Of a DNA stretch of 17,891 bases, positions 15,525 to 17,891 are shown piece by piece. Below the pieces are notes generated by a model. That model made no database searches. It saw nothing but the letters and a program-made list of their open reading frames with translations, and had not been told where the DNA came from. The DNA is from an archaeon (GTDB lineage Archaea > Iainarchaeota > Iainarchaeia > Iainarchaeales > Iainarchaeaceae). Position 1 is the stretch's first letter. Every line of letters starts with the position of its first letter. The position numbers and the translations under genes were made by a program. Location: NCBI GenBank assembly GCA_038046625.1, contig JBBSVV010000049.1:2672-20562 (forward strand), read 5' to 3'.

Positions 15525-16001
15525 AGCGCGGTTCTTTGAAATGCGAAGAGTTATTTTTCCGCGGAACTTAATCGAATCAAAAGTGTACTCGGCACTCGGA
15601 AGCCCGAAGGTTTTGGTTGACCCTGCATAGGAAAGAATCAAGGTTGGCGAAGGGACAGAAACTATTTCCCATTCCCCCTTTATTGGGGAGGAAACGATTT
15701 TTTCCGAGCCTTCGCCAAGCATGGAAATAATATTGATTGCCCCGTTCAGGGATGAAACAAATTCCTGTGCATTTCTCGCCTCCACGGAAAACATGGCGGC
15801 ATTGTAAAGCCCCGAAAGCGCGGCCAGGGAAACAGAAAGAAAGGCGATGAGCGCGGCCATTGCGAGCAGGAACTCGATGCTTGCCTGTGCCCTTGGACAC
15901 AATGCGGGTTCCCCGTCAACGGAACCCCCTTTATGGAATTTGGGTTGCTGCAAAGCAAACACGCCATCAACGGAACCCCCTTGCGGGGTTGGGTTGGTCA
16001 T
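15504..16001 (-). CDS. Class III signal-peptide pilin (QxSxE type) with an abnormally long leader
   Basis: RA/QASIEFLLAMAALIAFLSV after a 36-aa leader containing a repeat. The start overlaps the upstream stop (ATGA). Confidence 0.8.
   Translation of the reverse strand: MTNPTPQGGSVDGVFALQQPKFHKGGSVDGEPALCPRAQASIEFLLAMAALIAFLSVSLAALSGLYNAAMFSVEARNAQEFVSSLNGAINIISMLGEGSEKIVSSPIKGEWEIVSVPSPTLILSYAGSTKTFGLPSAEYTFDSIKFRGKITLRISKNRALFVDAG
15906..15990. repeat. Two 16-nt direct repeats (TCAACGGAACCCCCTT at 15916-15931 and 15967-15982; period 51 nt), each part of a hairpin
   Basis: Directly visible. Stems are GGGTTCC/GGAACCC (15906-15927) and AACCCC-GCAA-GGGGGTT on the minus strand (15974-15990). 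Confidence 0.85.
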
Positions 16002-16165
16002 ATGTCATCTATTTCCTTGAAAATGTCCTCGGTTTTCTTGTCAAAAACCTTGGTGCCGCTCTCCGCCGTTTTCTGCAGCTGCGAAACAAGCAGCAGCACT
16101 ATGGCCACAAGCGCCGCAAGCACAATGATCATTTCAATGGAAATCTGGGCTTTTTCACTCAACAT
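15998..16165 (-). CDS. Minimal 55-aa class III signal-peptide pilin (QxSxE type)
   Basis: Hand translation: MLSEKA/QISIEMIIVLAALVAIVLLLVSQLQKTAESGTKVFDKKTEDIFKEIDDI*. Below the ORF-track cutoff. Confidence 0.88.
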   Translation of the reverse strand: MLSEKAQISIEMIIVLAALVAIVLLLVSQLQKTAESGTKVFDKKTEDIFKEIDDI

Positions 16166-16264
16166 ACACTAAACAATGCGAAAGAACAAATAAAAAGGTT
16201 TCGTCGATTGACGATATTCTTGGCGGGTTGGTTTTTTATAGGTTTTGCGGCAGATACCAAGTGC

Positions 16265-16873
16265 ATGAACCAACGTGAACGGAATGACCTCATAATAAGC
16301 TGGCTGACCATCAGCATAGCGTTTTCATGGATAGGACTCGGCATATTCAATTTAAGGGGCGTTGAAGCATTTCTCTCAAACCTCGCAATAATGCTTGTCG
16401 CCGTTGGAACAGGCTTCATCCTGCATGAATTGGCGCACAAGTACGTTGCAATAAACTACGGCGCACACGCGGAATTCAGGGCATGGAAACAAGGATTGTT
16501 GCTCGCAATCGGCCTCGCAGTGTTCACGAACGGAAGCTTCGTGTTTGCCGCGCCCGGCGCGGTGTATGTTTACGGCAATAACATTTCCGTGAAGCGGAAC
16601 GGGCACATTTCAATCGCGGGCCCGCTCACGAACCTCGCGATAGCATTCCTGTTCATCGCGCTGTTTTTCGGCCTCGGCTTTACGGGCCTCTTGCAGCAAA
16701 TAGTGGTTTCAACTATTTACGTGAACTTCTTCCTCGCGGCATTCAACATGCTGCCGATATTCCCGCTGGACGGAAGCAAGGTTTTTGTGTGGAGCAAAAG
16801 CGCATGGCTCATCACAACACTTGTTGCGGCCGCGGGAGTTTTATTGTTCCCGCTGTTCCTGAACGCATTCTGA
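16265..16873 (+). CDS. Site-2 protease (peptidase M50) intramembrane Zn metalloprotease
   Basis: HELAH, FAAPGAV, ISIAGPLTN and FNMLPIFPLDGSKV. Start reassigned to ATG 16265 (MNQRERND). Confidence 0.95.
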   Translation: MNQRERNDLIISWLTISIAFSWIGLGIFNLRGVEAFLSNLAIMLVAVGTGFILHELAHKYVAINYGAHAEFRAWKQGLLLAIGLAVFTNGSFVFAAPGAVYVYGNNISVKRNGHISIAGPLTNLAIAFLFIALFFGLGFTGLLQQIVVSTIYVNFFLAAFNMLPIFPLDGSKVFVWSKSAWLITTLVAAAGVLLFPLFLNAF

Positions 16874-16944
16874 ATGCAGCGAAGTTTCCAAAAATTAACG
16901 GAACTGCCAACAATTAAAAACAGGTAAAAACAATATCTATTCAC

Positions 16945-17748
16945 ATGAGGAATATTTTCATTGCACTTATTGCGCTGGCCGCACTTTTGCTTTCAGGCTG
17001 TACACAGGGCAACGGAAGCGAAGCATGCACACAGATTGTTACGCCCGCGGTTTCTCCGGACGGCAACTGCACGGCATTCGCGACGCCATGCGACGTGCCC
17101 GGCGGATTCACGATTGTTGCGAGCTGTGAAACTTACGCGCCTAACCCGCCTGTGGAGGAAACACGGCAGCCCGAGCAAGAAATTGATTTGTGCAAAAACA
17201 TCAAATGCGAGGACACGTGCACGGGAACATCATTTTACGGCGACGGCAGATGCCGCGAAGGCCAGTGCGTTTATTCCGTGAAGCAGGAAAATTCCTATAA
17301 ATGCGGCTACATTGAACCGCAACCGACGCAGGGCAACTGGGCTTTCGACGCAAACCTCCTGCTGTGCGAGTACATTTCACCGCCGAACGAATACGACTTT
17401 ATTTACAAAATAAGGAACCTCAGCGACAAGGCACTCCCTTACCAGTCAACCATATGGCTCAAAGTTCCGGACCTGAACAATTATGCGCAGCAAAGGACCA
17501 TACAGGGAAATTACGAACCGAACAGGATTCTCTGGGAAGAAAAGGTTACCAGCTACCTGGGGCAAAACTTCAGGGGCGGGCAGGAATGGCAAATAAGGAA
17601 CCTCGATTCGAACAAATCCCTTGACTTCCAGCTTATTTTCTGCACACCGGAAAATTCCACAAAAGAAAAATGCGGTGCGGAAAACGGCGTCGTGATTGCA
17701 AGCGGCAACACAAATACTGCGTGCAGAATAACGGGCCAGGTAAACTGA
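16945..17748 (+). CDS. Cys-rich lipoprotein (surface protein)
   Basis: Lipobox LLLSGC; small Cys-rich modules CTQIVTPAVSPDGNCTAFATPCDVPGG and CKNIKCEDTC...CREGQC...C; beta-rich C-terminal domain. Confidence 0.85.
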   Translation: MRNIFIALIALAALLLSGCTQGNGSEACTQIVTPAVSPDGNCTAFATPCDVPGGFTIVASCETYAPNPPVEETRQPEQEIDLCKNIKCEDTCTGTSFYGDGRCREGQCVYSVKQENSYKCGYIEPQPTQGNWAFDANLLLCEYISPPNEYDFIYKIRNLSDKALPYQSTIWLKVPDLNNYAQQRTIQGNYEPNRILWEEKVTSYLGQNFRGGQEWQIRNLDSNKSLDFQLIFCTPENSTKEKCGAENGVVIASGNTNTACRITGQVN

Positions 17749-17891
17749 ACAGAACAACAGTTTCGTCCGAGAGTGCGCCTACCCTGACGGGCACAGGTCG
17801 GAAGGGCGCCAAGATTGTTGGGTACGACAGCTATCTTCGCTGCTGCTCAATAGTTATGCTATCATCGCACATACGAAGGCCTGAACACCTG

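Noticed and set aside
15906..15990. Mini CRISPR array (two repeats, 35-nt gap)
   Set aside because: The repeat is only 16 nt, has two copies, lies in a coding frame, and there are no cas genes or leader.
15860..16264. 135-aa N-terminal extension of the site-2 protease
   Set aside because: It is the antisense of two pilin genes; M50 homology starts at 16265.
17750..17815. Hammerhead ribozyme (GGACGAAAC on the minus strand) or group II intron 5' end (GTGCG at 17773)
   Set aside because: No CUGAnGA core or stem III partner in the window; a 5-mer alone is insufficient evidence.

Overview
Gene-dense archaeal chromosome segment. The archaeal LonB, PheS/PheT, RFC-L with PIP box, Orc1/Cdc6, Nob1, class III signal-peptide pilins, TATA-box promoters and heavily overlapping genes point to a DPANN-type archaeon; Diapherotrites/Iainarchaeota is my best guess and is inference only. 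From left to right: an intein-interrupted LonB protease running off the left edge (absent from the ORF track); a divergently transcribed, lower-GC, bacterial-type sigma-70 homolog with two tandem sigma4-like HTH domains; a small deletion-scar/possible toxin-antitoxin remnant; RNase Z; a sugar-phosphate nucleotidyltransferase; a metallo-beta-lactamase-fold protein with a degenerate metal site; a membrane protein; a Nob1 lacking its Zn ribbon; a basic orphan; pheS-orphan-pheT; rfcL; cdc6 beside a repeat-rich intergenic region (candidate origin); a membrane-tethered ArsR-type regulator; six pilin-like genes (one 55-aa gene missed by the ORF track, one with a hairpin repeat inserted in frame in its leader); a site-2 protease; and a Cys-rich lipoprotein. 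The most striking element is the sigma-70 homolog embedded in an archaeal chromosome. No rRNA, tRNA, CRISPR array or transposase was seen.
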